In this document: in pieces, positions 25,058 to 33,892 of the stretch | Layout: each line of letters opens with the position of its first letter | Position numbering within the stretch: the first letter of the stretch is position 1 | Source of the DNA: Clostridium sp. CAG:594 | GTDB taxonomy: Bacteria > Bacillota_I > Bacilli_A > RF39 > UBA660 | Assembly: GCA_000434835.1 (NCBI GenBank) | Contig: FR881489.1 | Span: forward strand, 41,750 to 102,238 | Direction of reading: 5' to 3' | Length of the DNA: 60,489 nt | The notes under the pieces: generated by a model | Database searches by the model: none | Told to the model about the DNA's origin: nothing | Seen by the model: the letters and a program-made list of their open reading frames with translations, nothing else | Translations under genes and position numbers: made by a program

Positions 25058-26950
25058 TTACATACTTTTTACATATGTTTTTTGTTTAGAAATACTATCT
25101 AAAACATTATATTCCACATCATTTTGGTTAAAATTACATTCATAAATTATTCCTTTATCTATATTAATATAACCATCTTTTTCTTCTGATAGTTTTTTAT
25201 TATCTCTTTTTCCGCTTTTTGCAATTGGAAAATCTTCTCTAATTTTAAATGCTATCGGAACACTAAAGCTAGGTAAATTCTCTTTAAAATCAGTTATAAT
25301 TTTTTCTATAGCTTCATATTTATTACCAGTAAATTCCTTTGTAAATTGAAGATGAATAACCGGTTTACTATATCCTGTACTATTAAAATCAATTCCAACT
25401 GCTTCACAATCCATTATAAAAGAATATTTCTTTGCAATTTCTTCTATTTCAAATAAATATTGTTTAAAATCATTTCCATTATCATCTTTCACAATTATAA
25501 AATCGTTTTTTCTTCCACGGTATGTTACAAATCCGTCAGAATCTATATATCCTATATCCCCAGTTTTATAAAACTTTTCCGAATCTACATAAATAAAACT
25601 TTTTCTTGTTTTTTCTTCATCATTTAAATAACCTAACATCATCATTGGAGTACTATAACAAATCTCTCCTGATTCATTATATTTTAATTCTTTACCTTCA
25701 TCATCTATTATCATAGCATTAACTTGAGGTAATGGCACACCTGCCGTTCCAGCTTTATACGCTTGTCTTAATGTGGTTGTTGCACAAGCCCCAACTTCAG
25801 TACTACCTGCTCCAGAAAATAAAGGCCTTTTGCATCCAAACTTCTTTAAATTATTATAAATTTGTTCTTGCCTATGGACAGAAGCTCCATCTCCACCAGC
25901 TATTGGATGTGTTAAATCAGATAAAGTATCTTTTTTTAATTTAGAATTACCAACAGCTTCCCACATTTCATTAGAAATTATAGCTACTCCTATTTTATGT
26001 TTATGATTTTTAAAACTTTTTCCTATTGTTTTTTTATCAAATACAGGGTCTAAAACATTTATCATTCCAACAAGTGGTGGTAATAAAAAGTTATTATTTA
26101 CACCTGTTGAAAAATTAATTGGAACTTTATGAAGACTTGCTGTATTTTCATCTGTTCCTAAATCTGCCAATTCATGATTTCTAGCCATATAAGTTATAGA
26201 ATCTATTGGTAAATTTATACCTTTAGCTTTTGCAGTAGTACCCGATGAATATACAGTCAAAAATTTAAGTTCTTTATCATATGGCTCTGCTTCAATATCA
26301 GGCATATTAATGCATTCTTTAATTGCATCGTTATAATATGATAAATTTAAATTATAATCTTCTTTTAGTTTATCAAATTTTTTCTTATTTTTTATTCTTT
26401 GAGCCAACATAACTGTTTTTGTACCTAGTGGAAATGAATTTGTAAAAGGAATTACTATAATCTTTTTGTTTTTCATTTCTGGTAATTTTAAAGCATCACT
26501 AAAAAGATCATAAAATACATCTAATACAATAAAAACATCAAAATCAGCTTGTTTTACTGAATCAATTATAAGTTCATTCGGATAAGTAATATTAATTATA
26601 TTTGCTCCAGCACCTATTTTGCTAAGTGCCATTATTGTATAAAAGGCTTCTGGAACTCCAATAGTACCAAGTAAAATTTGATCGCGTTTTTTTACTCCAT
26701 ATTTTTGTAATACTTTAGCTAATTGATCACTTTCTTTAATAACATCTTTTCTCGTTATTATTCTATTATAATATTCTATTCCAGCTTTATCCAAAAACTT
26801 TTTGTTAGCCTCTACATAATATTGATAATAAGTCAAATTTATATCTTCTATTTTTGATGCTCCAGGTGGATAAAATTTTAACCAAGGTCTATCCTTTGAT
26901 GCATATCCTGTCATATTTTTATTTTCTTCACTTAAATAATAATTATTCAT
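25058..26950 (-). CDS. class I adenylate-forming enzyme (AMP-binding / acyl-CoA synthetase-like)
   Basis: 630 aa. N-terminal KDRPWLKFYPPG, core A3 motif VYSSGTTAKAKGI, A8 region YKTGDIGYIDSDGFVTYRGRKNDFII, C-terminal lysine region PIAKSGKRD. Confidence 0.85.
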   Translation of the reverse strand: MNNYYLSEENKNMTGYASKDRPWLKFYPPGASKIEDINLTYYQYYVEANKKFLDKAGIEYYNRIITRKDVIKESDQLAKVLQKYGVKKRDQILLGTIGVPEAFYTIMALSKIGAGANIINITYPNELIIDSVKQADFDVFIVLDVFYDLFSDALKLPEMKNKKIIVIPFTNSFPLGTKTVMLAQRIKNKKKFDKLKEDYNLNLSYYNDAIKECINMPDIEAEPYDKELKFLTVYSSGTTAKAKGINLPIDSITYMARNHELADLGTDENTASLHKVPINFSTGVNNNFLLPPLVGMINVLDPVFDKKTIGKSFKNHKHKIGVAIISNEMWEAVGNSKLKKDTLSDLTHPIAGGDGASVHRQEQIYNNLKKFGCKRPLFSGAGSTEVGACATTTLRQAYKAGTAGVPLPQVNAMIIDDEGKELKYNESGEICYSTPMMMLGYLNDEEKTRKSFIYVDSEKFYKTGDIGYIDSDGFVTYRGRKNDFIIVKDDNGNDFKQYLFEIEEIAKKYSFIMDCEAVGIDFNSTGYSKPVIHLQFTKEFTGNKYEAIEKIITDFKENLPSFSVPIAFKIREDFPIAKSGKRDNKKLSEEKDGYINIDKGIIYECNFNQNDVEYNVLDSISKQKTYVKSM

Positions 26951-26980
26951 AACATCCTCCTATAAACTCCCTTTTTACTC

Positions 26981-27110
26981 TAAAAATAAAAGGTCCTGAT
27001 TTTGCAAACAAGACCCATTTATCTGCTTGCTATAATAATGTTTCTGTACAAGCAAACATCAATAAAAATTCTGATAAATATACTATCATGATTTTTATTT
27101 TTGTCAAGTT
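26981..27110 (-). promoter_or_regulatory. candidate promoter plus structured 5' leader with intrinsic terminator (attenuator or riboswitch-like) upstream of the AMP-ligase gene
   Basis: Minus strand: TTGACA (27102-27107), 16-nt spacer, TGaTAGTAT extended -10 (27080-27088). Outer stem AUUUAUC (27073-27079) / GAUAAAU (27017-27023) encloses an inner stem UGCUUG / CAAGCA. It is followed immediately by hairpin GGGUCUUG...CAGGACC (26992-27016) and U-run (26982-26991). AGGAGG then precedes ATG 26950. Confidence 0.35.
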
Positions 27111-27123
27111 TTTGCAATTTAAA

Positions 27124-27594
27124 TTATTTTATTATACAATGAACTATTTTATTGCTTTCTATTAGATTTGTTATTATATTTGGTCTAACATCCATAATAT
27201 TCAATTTGGAAATATCATACCATTTGTTTACAACGTTTGTTTTATCCAAGGTTTTTATTTCACTAATTTGATCTATTTGTTTATTGTTAATTTTATAAAT
27301 GAATAATAGCTCGTGAAATTCTTTTCCATTATATTTAAAGAAATTTTCCGAAACATTTATAAGTTTGGTTTCTTTTTTATTTACTTTAATTCCAATTTCT
27401 TCTTGTATCTCACGAATCAAAGCTTCTATTGTTGTTTCACCATATTTTACTCTACCACCAATCAGTGAATAATAATTGTCTTTTTCACATTTTTGAAGTA
27501 AAACCTTATTATCATTTACAAAAATTCCAGCAACACGGAAATTAAATTTAAAATTACTTTCATCATCTTTTATTATAATATCTTTTTTCTGCAT
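27124..27594 (-). CDS. NUDIX hydrolase
   Basis: Nudix box GGRVKYGETTIEALIREIQEEIGI (Gx5Ex7REUxEExGU). Confidence 0.8.
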   Translation of the reverse strand: MQKKDIIIKDDESNFKFNFRVAGIFVNDNKVLLQKCEKDNYYSLIGGRVKYGETTIEALIREIQEEIGIKVNKKETKLINVSENFFKYNGKEFHELLFIYKINNKQIDQISEIKTLDKTNVVNKWYDISKLNIMDVRPNIITNLIESNKIVHCIIK

Positions 27595-27615
27595 ATTTTC
27601 TCCATAATGTATACA

Positions 27616-29595
27616 TTATTTTATGATGTTTAAGACATCTTCTTCTTTATATATTTTAACACCAAGCTTTAATGCTTTATCATATTTTGAGCCAGGTTTA
27701 TCTCCTACGATAACACCGGTTGTCTTTTTAGTAACCGAACTTGTTACCTTAGCGCCTTTATCTTCTAGAATCTTAGTTAATTCTTCTCTTTTATACTTCT
27801 CTAAAGTTCCTGTTAAAACAAACGTCATACCAGATAATGTGTCGTCTGATGAGTCATTTTTATATTCGAAATTTAAGCCTAGTTTCTTTAAATCCTCTAT
27901 TAATTTTAAATTTAAAGGATCATCAAAATATGTTTTTACACTTTTAGCTATTATCTCACCTATATCATTAACGTTTGTTAGTTCATCAATATTAACATTA
28001 ATTATATTATCTATATTTTTATATCTTTTAGCAAGTATTTTAGCTGTTTTTTTACCAACATGTCTTATTCCTAGTGCAAAAAGAACCTTCTCTAAAGAGT
28101 TGTTTTTTGAATTTTCAATACTTTCAAGTAAATTGTTAACACTTTTTTCTCCAAAGCCTTCAAGTTCTATTAAGTCTTCTTTATGGTTTGATAAAAGATA
28201 TATATCAGATATGGACTTAATAAATCCCATATTATAAAAATCTTCTATGATCCTTTCACCAAGTCCATCTATGTTCATCGTATTTCTTGACGCAAAATGA
28301 ATTAATCCTTCCATTTTTCTTGCGGGGCATAAATCATTTTTACAAAAGTAGTTAGCATCTTCTTTAACCAGTTTTGATGCACACATCGGACAGTTTTCTA
28401 TCATCTTAAACGGAACTTCTTTACCAGTTCTTCTTTCTTTTTTTACCTCTACTACTTCCGGTATTACGTCGCCTGCTTTTCTAATTGAGATAACATCTCC
28501 TACCCTTACATCCTTATCTAAACAATAATCTTCATTATGAAGCGTTGCCTTTGATATAACAGAACCTGCAACATGAACTGGTGAAAAAAGAGCATTTGGT
28601 GTTATCTTACCAGTTCTTCCGACTGTAAATTTTATTTCTTTTAAAGTAGTTAAAACTTCTTCAGCTGGAAATTTATATGCTATTCCCCATCTAGGTACTC
28701 TTTCGGTAAAACCTAATTTTGCCTCATCTTCCAAGCTATTAACCTTTAATACAACGCCATCTATTTCAAAAGGAAGATTAGATCTTTTGCTTCCTAAACC
28801 ATCTATATAGTTAATTATGTCATTTATGTTTTTAGCAAGTCCATTTAAATTATAATTGGTTTTAAAACCTAATTCTTTTAAAAATGCTAAAGATTCGCCT
28901 TGAGTTTTTATACCATATTTATCTGGATTAGGTATGAAATAAGCCATAAAGTCTAGATTTCTTTTTGCAGCAATCTTACTATCTAATTGTCTTACAGAAC
29001 CTGCAGCAGCATTTCTTGGGTTAGCGAATAAATTTTCACCTCTTTTTTCTTTTTCTTTATTACACTTTTCAAAAGAGGCCTTACTCATATATATTTCACC
29101 ACGAACTTCTATATCAAGTTCCTTATTAAGTTTTAAAGGAACTGATTTTATAGTTTCTACGTTATGAGTAATATTTTCTCCGATAAGTCCGTCTCCCCTT
29201 GTCGCAGCCCTTTTAAGTACACCTTTTTCATATAATAATGAACCAGATAACCCGTCCATTTTAGGCTCTAAAGTATAAGTCGCATTAGGACAAGTCTTTT
29301 TTATCCTTTCATCAAAAAGAACTATTTCATCCTCATTAAATATATCATCAAATGAAAGCATAGGACTTTCATGAGTTACCTTTTCAAATTTATCTACTAC
29401 CTTTCCACCTACTCTTAAAGTTGGTGAATCACTTCTTTTTAAATCAGGATATTTCTCTTCAAGTTTTAATAATTCATTATAATAATCATCATATTCTTGG
29501 TCAGTAATACTAGGATTATCATCTACATAATACTTAATACTAGCTTCATTAATTATATCTATTAATTCATCCATTCTTAATTTTATATTATCCAT
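27616..29595 (-). CDS. ligA: NAD-dependent DNA ligase
   Basis: 659 aa. Adenylation lysine motif LEPKMDG, Zn finger CPMCASKLVKEDANYFCKNDLCPAR, HhH region, C-terminal BRCT (GMTFVLTGTL). Confidence 0.95.
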   Translation of the reverse strand: MDNIKLRMDELIDIINEASIKYYVDDNPSITDQEYDDYYNELLKLEEKYPDLKRSDSPTLRVGGKVVDKFEKVTHESPMLSFDDIFNEDEIVLFDERIKKTCPNATYTLEPKMDGLSGSLLYEKGVLKRAATRGDGLIGENITHNVETIKSVPLKLNKELDIEVRGEIYMSKASFEKCNKEKEKRGENLFANPRNAAAGSVRQLDSKIAAKRNLDFMAYFIPNPDKYGIKTQGESLAFLKELGFKTNYNLNGLAKNINDIINYIDGLGSKRSNLPFEIDGVVLKVNSLEDEAKLGFTERVPRWGIAYKFPAEEVLTTLKEIKFTVGRTGKITPNALFSPVHVAGSVISKATLHNEDYCLDKDVRVGDVISIRKAGDVIPEVVEVKKERRTGKEVPFKMIENCPMCASKLVKEDANYFCKNDLCPARKMEGLIHFASRNTMNIDGLGERIIEDFYNMGFIKSISDIYLLSNHKEDLIELEGFGEKSVNNLLESIENSKNNSLEKVLFALGIRHVGKKTAKILAKRYKNIDNIINVNIDELTNVNDIGEIIAKSVKTYFDDPLNLKLIEDLKKLGLNFEYKNDSSDDTLSGMTFVLTGTLEKYKREELTKILEDKGAKVTSSVTKKTTGVIVGDKPGSKYDKALKLGVKIYKEEDVLNIIK

Positions 29596-29610
29596 TTTAT
29601 CACCATAAAT

Positions 29611-29619
29611 ATTATAACA
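29611..29619 (-). promoter_or_regulatory. extended -10 element TGTTATAAT for ligA
   Basis: The complement of attataaca lies 16 nt upstream of ATG 29595, with a GGTGA Shine-Dalgarno sequence between. Confidence 0.45.
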
Positions 29620-29727
29620 AAATTTAATTAAAAAGTCTTAAATATAAAGAAAAAATATACGTATTAAGCGTCTTTTTTTTATGTGTATATAAAAAGAAAC
29701 CAGCATAAACCAGTTTCAATTATTATT

Positions 29728-30756
29728 TTATTTTTTATTTTTTTCTTTTTCTTTATCTTGTTTTAAAATGCCGTGACTTTCACGAACCTTATTTTCTATT
29801 TCTTCTTTAATAGTAGGATTATCTCTTAAGAATTGTTTAGCATTCTCCTTACCTTGGCCAATTTTTTCTCCATTATATGAATACCAAGCTCCACTTTTAT
29901 CAACAATTCCTATTTCTGATGCTAAATCAAGTATTTCAGCTTCCCTTGAAACGCCTTGTCCATACATAATTTCAACTGATGCAGTTTTAAATGGAGGAGC
30001 AACCTTATTTTTTACTATCTTAACGTTGGTTTTATTACCTATTACATTATCTCCATTTTTAATTTGTTCACCACGTCTTACATCTAATCTAATAGTTGAA
30101 TAGAATTTAAGTGCTCTACCACCTGGTGTAGTTTCTGGATTACCAAATAAAACACCTACTTTTTCTCTTAACTGATTAATAAATATTGCAATTGTATTGG
30201 TTTTGCTAATAGTTCCAGATAACTTTCTTAAAGCCTGACTCATTAATCTTGCTTGAAGTCCTACGTGACTATCACCCATTTCCCCTTCTATTTCTGCTTG
30301 TGGAACAAGTGCTGCAACCGAATCTATTACAACTATGCTTATAGCTTCACTTCTAACTAATGCTTCACAAATTTCTAGTGCTTGTTCACCAGTATCTGGT
30401 TGTGATAATAATAAATCATTAATATCTACTCCTAGGTTTTTAGCATAAACTGGATCAAGTGCATGCTCTGCATCTATAAACGCTGCTTTACCTCCTGCTT
30501 TTTGTACCTCTGCAATAGCCTCAAGTGCAAACGTAGTTTTACCTGATGATTCTGGTCCATATATTTCAATTATTCTTCCCTTTGGATAACCTCCAACACC
30601 AAGTGCTATATCTAAAGTAAGAGATCCAGATGATACCGTGTCTATTTCATTATGACTTTCATCACCTAATTTCATTATTGAACCCTTACCAAATTGTTTT
30701 TCTATGTCTGCAAGAACTTGTTCTAAAGTCTTATCATTTAAAGCTTTCTTTGCCAT
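29728..30756 (-). CDS. recA: recombinase RecA
   Basis: Canonical RecA sequence (GPESSGKTT Walker [20 protein letters not shown]). The track ORF starts at 30774, but ATG 30754-30756 (MAKKALNDK) has AGGAGG 7 nt upstream. Start therefore set at 30756. Confidence 0.97.
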   Translation of the reverse strand: MAKKALNDKTLEQVLADIEKQFGKGSIMKLGDESHNEIDTVSSGSLTLDIALGVGGYPKGRIIEIYGPESSGKTTFALEAIAEVQKAGGKAAFIDAEHALDPVYAKNLGVDINDLLLSQPDTGEQALEICEALVRSEAISIVVIDSVAALVPQAEIEGEMGDSHVGLQARLMSQALRKLSGTISKTNTIAIFINQLREKVGVLFGNPETTPGGRALKFYSTIRLDVRRGEQIKNGDNVIGNKTNVKIVKNKVAPPFKTASVEIMYGQGVSREAEILDLASEIGIVDKSGAWYSYNGEKIGQGKENAKQFLRDNPTIKEEIENKVRESHGILKQDKEKEKNKK

Positions 30757-30787
30757 AAATATCCTCCTAGTCATTGATTACAATAAC

Positions 30788-30816
30788 ATTATAATCCATT
30801 AAAAAAGAAAAATCAA
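30788..30816 (-). promoter_or_regulatory. recA promoter
   Basis: Minus strand: TTGATT (30811-30816), 17-nt spacer, TATAAT (30788-30793). Confidence 0.45.
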
Positions 30817-30825
30817 GTACTTTTT

Positions 30826-30839
30826 CGAACAAATGTTTG
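30826..30839. promoter_or_regulatory. LexA (Cheo/SOS) box upstream of recA
   Basis: CGAACAAATGTTTG matches the Bacillus-type consensus CGAAC-N4-GTTCG with one mismatch. It lies 9 nt upstream of the -35 and just downstream of a second TATAAA element. Confidence 0.6.
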
Positions 30840-30894
30840 AAAGTTTATACTATGATTCTTCTATTAAATTCATTTTTTTGTCTAAGCTAAAATT

Positions 30895-31524
30895 CTATTT
30901 CTGTGTTTTTTTATCTGCAGAATCTGATATTTCTTCTTTAGAAAAAATTATATCTTTATTCATTATGTAATACTGAATTCCTGAAATAATTGCAAATATA
31001 GTTGCTAAAACAAGTAAGAAACTTGCTATATCAAGATTAAATAATTCAAATGGTAAATTATAACACATGGTAAATATTATACCTAGCATTAAAAACGTTG
31101 TTTTAATCTTACCAGACTTTATAGCAGCAACTACCTTTCCCTTACTTCCTGCAATCATTTTAATCGTATCTACAACAGTATCTCTTAAAACGATTATAAC
31201 CGTAATAGCAGGTGATACCATTCCTTGTGCAGTTAAAATAATTAAACTTGAGTTAACTAGCATTTTATCTGCAATTGCATCAGTCATTTTACCAAAATCA
31301 GTTACCATATTACGACTTCTTGCAATATGACCATCAATAGCATCTGTAATTGATGCAACAGCAAATAATCCTGCCGCAATAAAATACTTAATATCTACCG
31401 TTATAGTGCCAATTAACACTTTTGGAAATTCAATGTTTACCATGTAAAATGGAAATAGTAATAAAACAATTAATAAAACCGTTAAAAATATTCTAATCAT
31501 TGTTATTCTATTAGCTAAGTTCAT
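30895..31524 (-). CDS. pgsA: CDP-diacylglycerol--glycerol-3-phosphate 3-phosphatidyltransferase
   Basis: CDP-alcohol phosphatidyltransferase motif DAIDGHIARSRNMVTDFGKMTDAIADK. Four to five TM helices. Confidence 0.85.
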   Translation of the reverse strand: MNLANRITMIRIFLTVLLIVLLLFPFYMVNIEFPKVLIGTITVDIKYFIAAGLFAVASITDAIDGHIARSRNMVTDFGKMTDAIADKMLVNSSLIILTAQGMVSPAITVIIVLRDTVVDTIKMIAGSKGKVVAAIKSGKIKTTFLMLGIIFTMCYNLPFELFNLDIASFLLVLATIFAIISGIQYYIMNKDIIFSKEEISDSADKKTQK

Positions 31525-31535
31525 ATATCCACCTC

Positions 31536-32018
31536 TTAATTCTCTAAATAAGTTAAAACACTATTATCATTATCATTTTTAGGAATAACATATTCCGTTA
31601 CAACTAAATATCCTATTAAAAATAATAACAATAAAATTATAAGTGTAACTATAATAGCGGGCACCTTTGACTTTGGTTTATCATCTACCGTGTATGGAGA
31701 TGCAACCTTTTTATCAGATGCTTTTTCCTTTTCCTTTGCGCGTGATGCTTTTTCTATCTCCGCGATTGGAATCTTTGATGTTTCCTCAAAAAAGTACTCG
31801 TTAAACTCATCCATTATAGCATCTTCATCAAGTCCTAAATACTTGGCGTATGATCTAATAAATGATTTTAAATAAAACACATCTTTAAATACCTTTAAGT
31901 TTCCTTTTTCTATGTTTTCTATTTGTGAAGCTCTAAGGTTTAAATCTTCTGCTGCTTCATCAACACTAACACCGTGTTCTTCCCTTGCAGCCTTTAGCTT
32001 TTCACCAATCTCCTTCAA
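31536..32018 (-). CDS. RodZ-like HTH (XRE-type) membrane protein
   Basis: N-terminal HTH IGEKLKAAREEHGVSVDEAAEDLNLRASQIENIEKGN, FYLKSFIRSYAKYLGLD, and a single TM helix near the C-terminus. TTG start at 32018 after AAGGAG. Confidence 0.7.
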   Translation of the reverse strand: MKEIGEKLKAAREEHGVSVDEAAEDLNLRASQIENIEKGNLKVFKDVFYLKSFIRSYAKYLGLDEDAIMDEFNEYFFEETSKIPIAEIEKASRAKEKEKASDKKVASPYTVDDKPKSKVPAIIVTLIILLLLFLIGYLVVTEYVIPKNDNDNSVLTYLEN

Positions 32019-32051
32019 CTTAAGTTCACTCCTTTATATAAATAAATAATA

Positions 32052-32404
32052 GTTTTAATAAGCCACGTTCTGTACCAGATATCTGGTCGTAAACATTTAT
32101 CTATGCTTTTAAAAAGCATCTTCTAATCCGTTTTTGTTCCTTCATAGAAGTTCCCCTACCAATTTTGGGTTTCTCACTCATGGGGTTTACCCGTTCCACT
32201 TTGCAAGTTTCCAAGCAAAATCGTCACTATGGCACTTTATGCCTAATATAGCCATATTAAAAACTTAGGCTACCTCGACGCCGTTAGGATTAAATCCTAC
32301 CAAAGGTTATTTGTTCCCTTTGCATGAACACTACGTCCGTTACAGGTCCGTGTGAGCGTGGACTTTCCTCTACTAATAATTAGCAGCGTTTACGTAAAAA
32401 CCAT
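32052..32404 (-). ncRNA. rnpB: RNase P RNA, bacterial type B (compact, ~350 nt)
   Basis: The reverse strand contains the universally conserved blocks AGAGGAAAGUCCACGCUC, AAAGUGCCAUAGUGACG, GUGGAACGGGUAAACCCCAUGAGUGAGAAACCCAAAAUUGGUAGGGGAAC and ACAGAACGUGGCUUA, in the order seen in B. subtilis RNase P RNA. A P1-like pairing joins UAAUGG..ACGU to ACGU..UUAUUA. Ends are approximate (+/- 5 nt). Confidence 0.88.
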
Positions 32405-32727
32405 TACTCATCTTTATCATATATATATTTTTCCAGTTGTGATAAACGTCTTAATATATCTACGTTGGTAATTTCTTTTTCACTTTTCTTAACAATATCA
32501 ATATTAGCTTTTAAATCTCTAAGTTCATGCTTTAAATCGATGTTTTCTCTTTCTAAAGCCTTATTCTCATTTCTAAGTTCCTTAATTATGTTAATAAACT
32601 CAACATAATCCTTAATTATTTGATCTAAATACTTATCTACTTCTTGAAGTCTATATCCACGAGTATCAATCTTAAATTCTTTATCAAAGATATCTTGTGG
32701 TGACAAAGCTATTCTACCATTAAACAT
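32404..32727 (-). CDS. gpsB: cell-cycle protein GpsB (DivIVA-domain)
   Basis: 107 aa. DivIVA/GpsB N-terminal motif SPQDIFDKEFKIDTRGYRLQEVDKYLDQIIKDY followed by a coiled coil. Confidence 0.8.
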   Translation of the reverse strand: MFNGRIALSPQDIFDKEFKIDTRGYRLQEVDKYLDQIIKDYVEFINIIKELRNENKALERENIDLKHELRDLKANIDIVKKSEKEITNVDILRRLSQLEKYIYDKDE

Positions 32728-32750
32728 TTTTTACCACCTCTGTAATTAAC

Positions 32751-32779
32751 ATTATCTCAAGTTTTTTATCATTTGTCAA
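32751..32779 (-). promoter_or_regulatory. sigma-A promoter for gpsB (and probably rnpB)
   Basis: Minus strand: TTGACA (32774-32779), 17-nt spacer, GATAAT (32751-32756). GAGGTGG Shine-Dalgarno sequence before ATG 32727. Confidence 0.55.
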
Positions 32780-32807
32780 TTTACATAAAATTTAATTTGC
32801 TTAACAC

Positions 32808-33086
32808 TTACTTTCTATTTCTTATCTTTGTAAAATACTTTGCCAAATCATAAGAAGACACGGAAAAACTAAAGCTTACAAAGCCCACAAATAAACTTTC
32901 AAAAGTAAAACCATAAAAAATAAAGTTAATTAATAAACTTAAAATAAGTAAAATCCAAACTATGTATTTGCTAGGAACCTTAAACGTCATTTTAATTAAA
33001 TTACCTGTTATATTTAAAATTATTCCTATCATTATTATATAAGGAATAAGATCATAAATCTCTTTTATATTTTCCAAACAAATCAC
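32808..33086 (-). CDS. small membrane protein (3 TM), unknown function
   Basis: 92 aa with a GTG start. Preceded without a gap by a 32-aa acidic ORF (33087-33185) that has its own AAAGGAA Shine-Dalgarno sequence. Confidence 0.4.
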   Translation of the reverse strand: MICLENIKEIYDLIPYIIMIGIILNITGNLIKMTFKVPSKYIVWILLILSLLINFIFYGFTFESLFVGFVSFSFSVSSYDLAKYFTKIRNRK

Positions 33087-33301
33087 CTAATTAAGTGTAT
33101 GATTTATAATTAAAGTTTCTTCTATTTTTTCTACTTCGTCTATTAAATCATCAATAATAACAAACATCAAAGTATAATCTTTCATAAAAAACATTCCTTT
33201 CAAATAAATAATAACACGACAAAATTATATTTTAATATTTTCGACAATTCTTTTCATATTTTATATAGAAATAATAAATAAATGTAGTATAATTATAACA
33301 G

Positions 33302-33892
33302 GTGATGATAGTGATAAATAACTATTCCTTTACCAGATTTAACAAAACTAAGAGCAATCATATTAAAACTGGTTTTGCAAATCGTGGTATGGCTTTGGAA
33401 TCTGACATAAATTTAGCAAATGAGTATTATAGAATTAAGGATATTGCATACGTTTATAAAAAACCTACTCCTATAAAACTTGTTAACGTTGACTATAAAT
33501 TAGGAAAAATAAAAGAGGCTTATTTTGAGACTCCATCAACTACCGATTATAATGGAATTTATAACGGAAAATACGTTGATTTCGAGGCTAAAGAAACAAA
33601 CAGTAAAACTTCTTTTGCACTAGCTAACATACATATGCATCAAATAAAACATTTAATAAATGTTAAAAATAAAGGAGCTATTGCATTTATAATAGTAAGA
33701 TTCAATCTGCTTGATGAAACGTATTTTTTAAGTGTGGAAAACTTAGAAGAATTTATTAAAAATAATAAAAGAAAGTCGATTCCATTAGATTTTTTTAAGA
33801 ATTATGGTACAATGATTAAAATAAAGTATGCACCTAGAATAGACTATATAGAAGTAATAGATAAATTATACTTTGGAGGTAATAAATCATGA
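33302..33892 (+). CDS. recU: Holliday junction resolvase RecU
   Basis: RecU pattern RGMALESDINLANEYY...YKKPTPIKLVNVDY...STTDYNGIYNGKYVDFEAKET. The start is ambiguous: GTG 33302, ATG 33305, or GTG 33311 (after AGGTGA). The stop overlaps the ponA start (ATGA). Confidence 0.88.
   Translation: MMIVINNYSFTRFNKTKSNHIKTGFANRGMALESDINLANEYYRIKDIAYVYKKPTPIKLVNVDYKLGKIKEAYFETPSTTDYNGIYNGKYVDFEAKETNSKTSFALANIHMHQIKHLINVKNKGAIAFIIVRFNLLDETYFLSVENLEEFIKNNKRKSIPLDFFKNYGTMIKIKYAPRIDYIEVIDKLYFGGNKS

Noticed and set aside
26992-27016. Reading the hairpin plus U-run simply as the terminator of the ligA-NUDIX transcript
   Set aside because: Not fully rejected. However, a near-consensus promoter lies between the NUDIX stop and the hairpin, and only ~40 nt remain between the hairpin and the AMP-ligase start. 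An attenuator role is therefore at least as likely. It is reported as a finding with modest confidence.
27623-28237. 204-aa plus-strand ORF from the six-frame track
   Set aside because: It lies entirely antisense to the well-supported ligA gene. The translation is low-complexity (S/L/F/I rich), as expected for the reverse frame of an AT-rich gene. It has no Shine-Dalgarno sequence and no promoter.
30757-30774. N-terminal extensions proposed by the ORF track: recA MTRRIF, DUF1016 at 6164-6202 and 42578-42739, and the UGM-like gene at 49910-49954
   Set aside because: In each case an internal ATG with a strong Shine-Dalgarno sequence gives the family-typical N-terminus. The extension also contains promoter-like sequence or lacks any ribosome-binding site.
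33087-33185. 32-aa acidic ORF (MKDYTLMFVIIDDLIDEVEKIEETLIINHTLN) abutting the 92-aa membrane protein gene, considered as a toxin-antitoxin or holin-antiholin pair
   Set aside because: I recognise no family for either protein. The peptide is very short, and there are no phage or lysis genes nearby. It is kept only as a note under the 32808..33086 feature.
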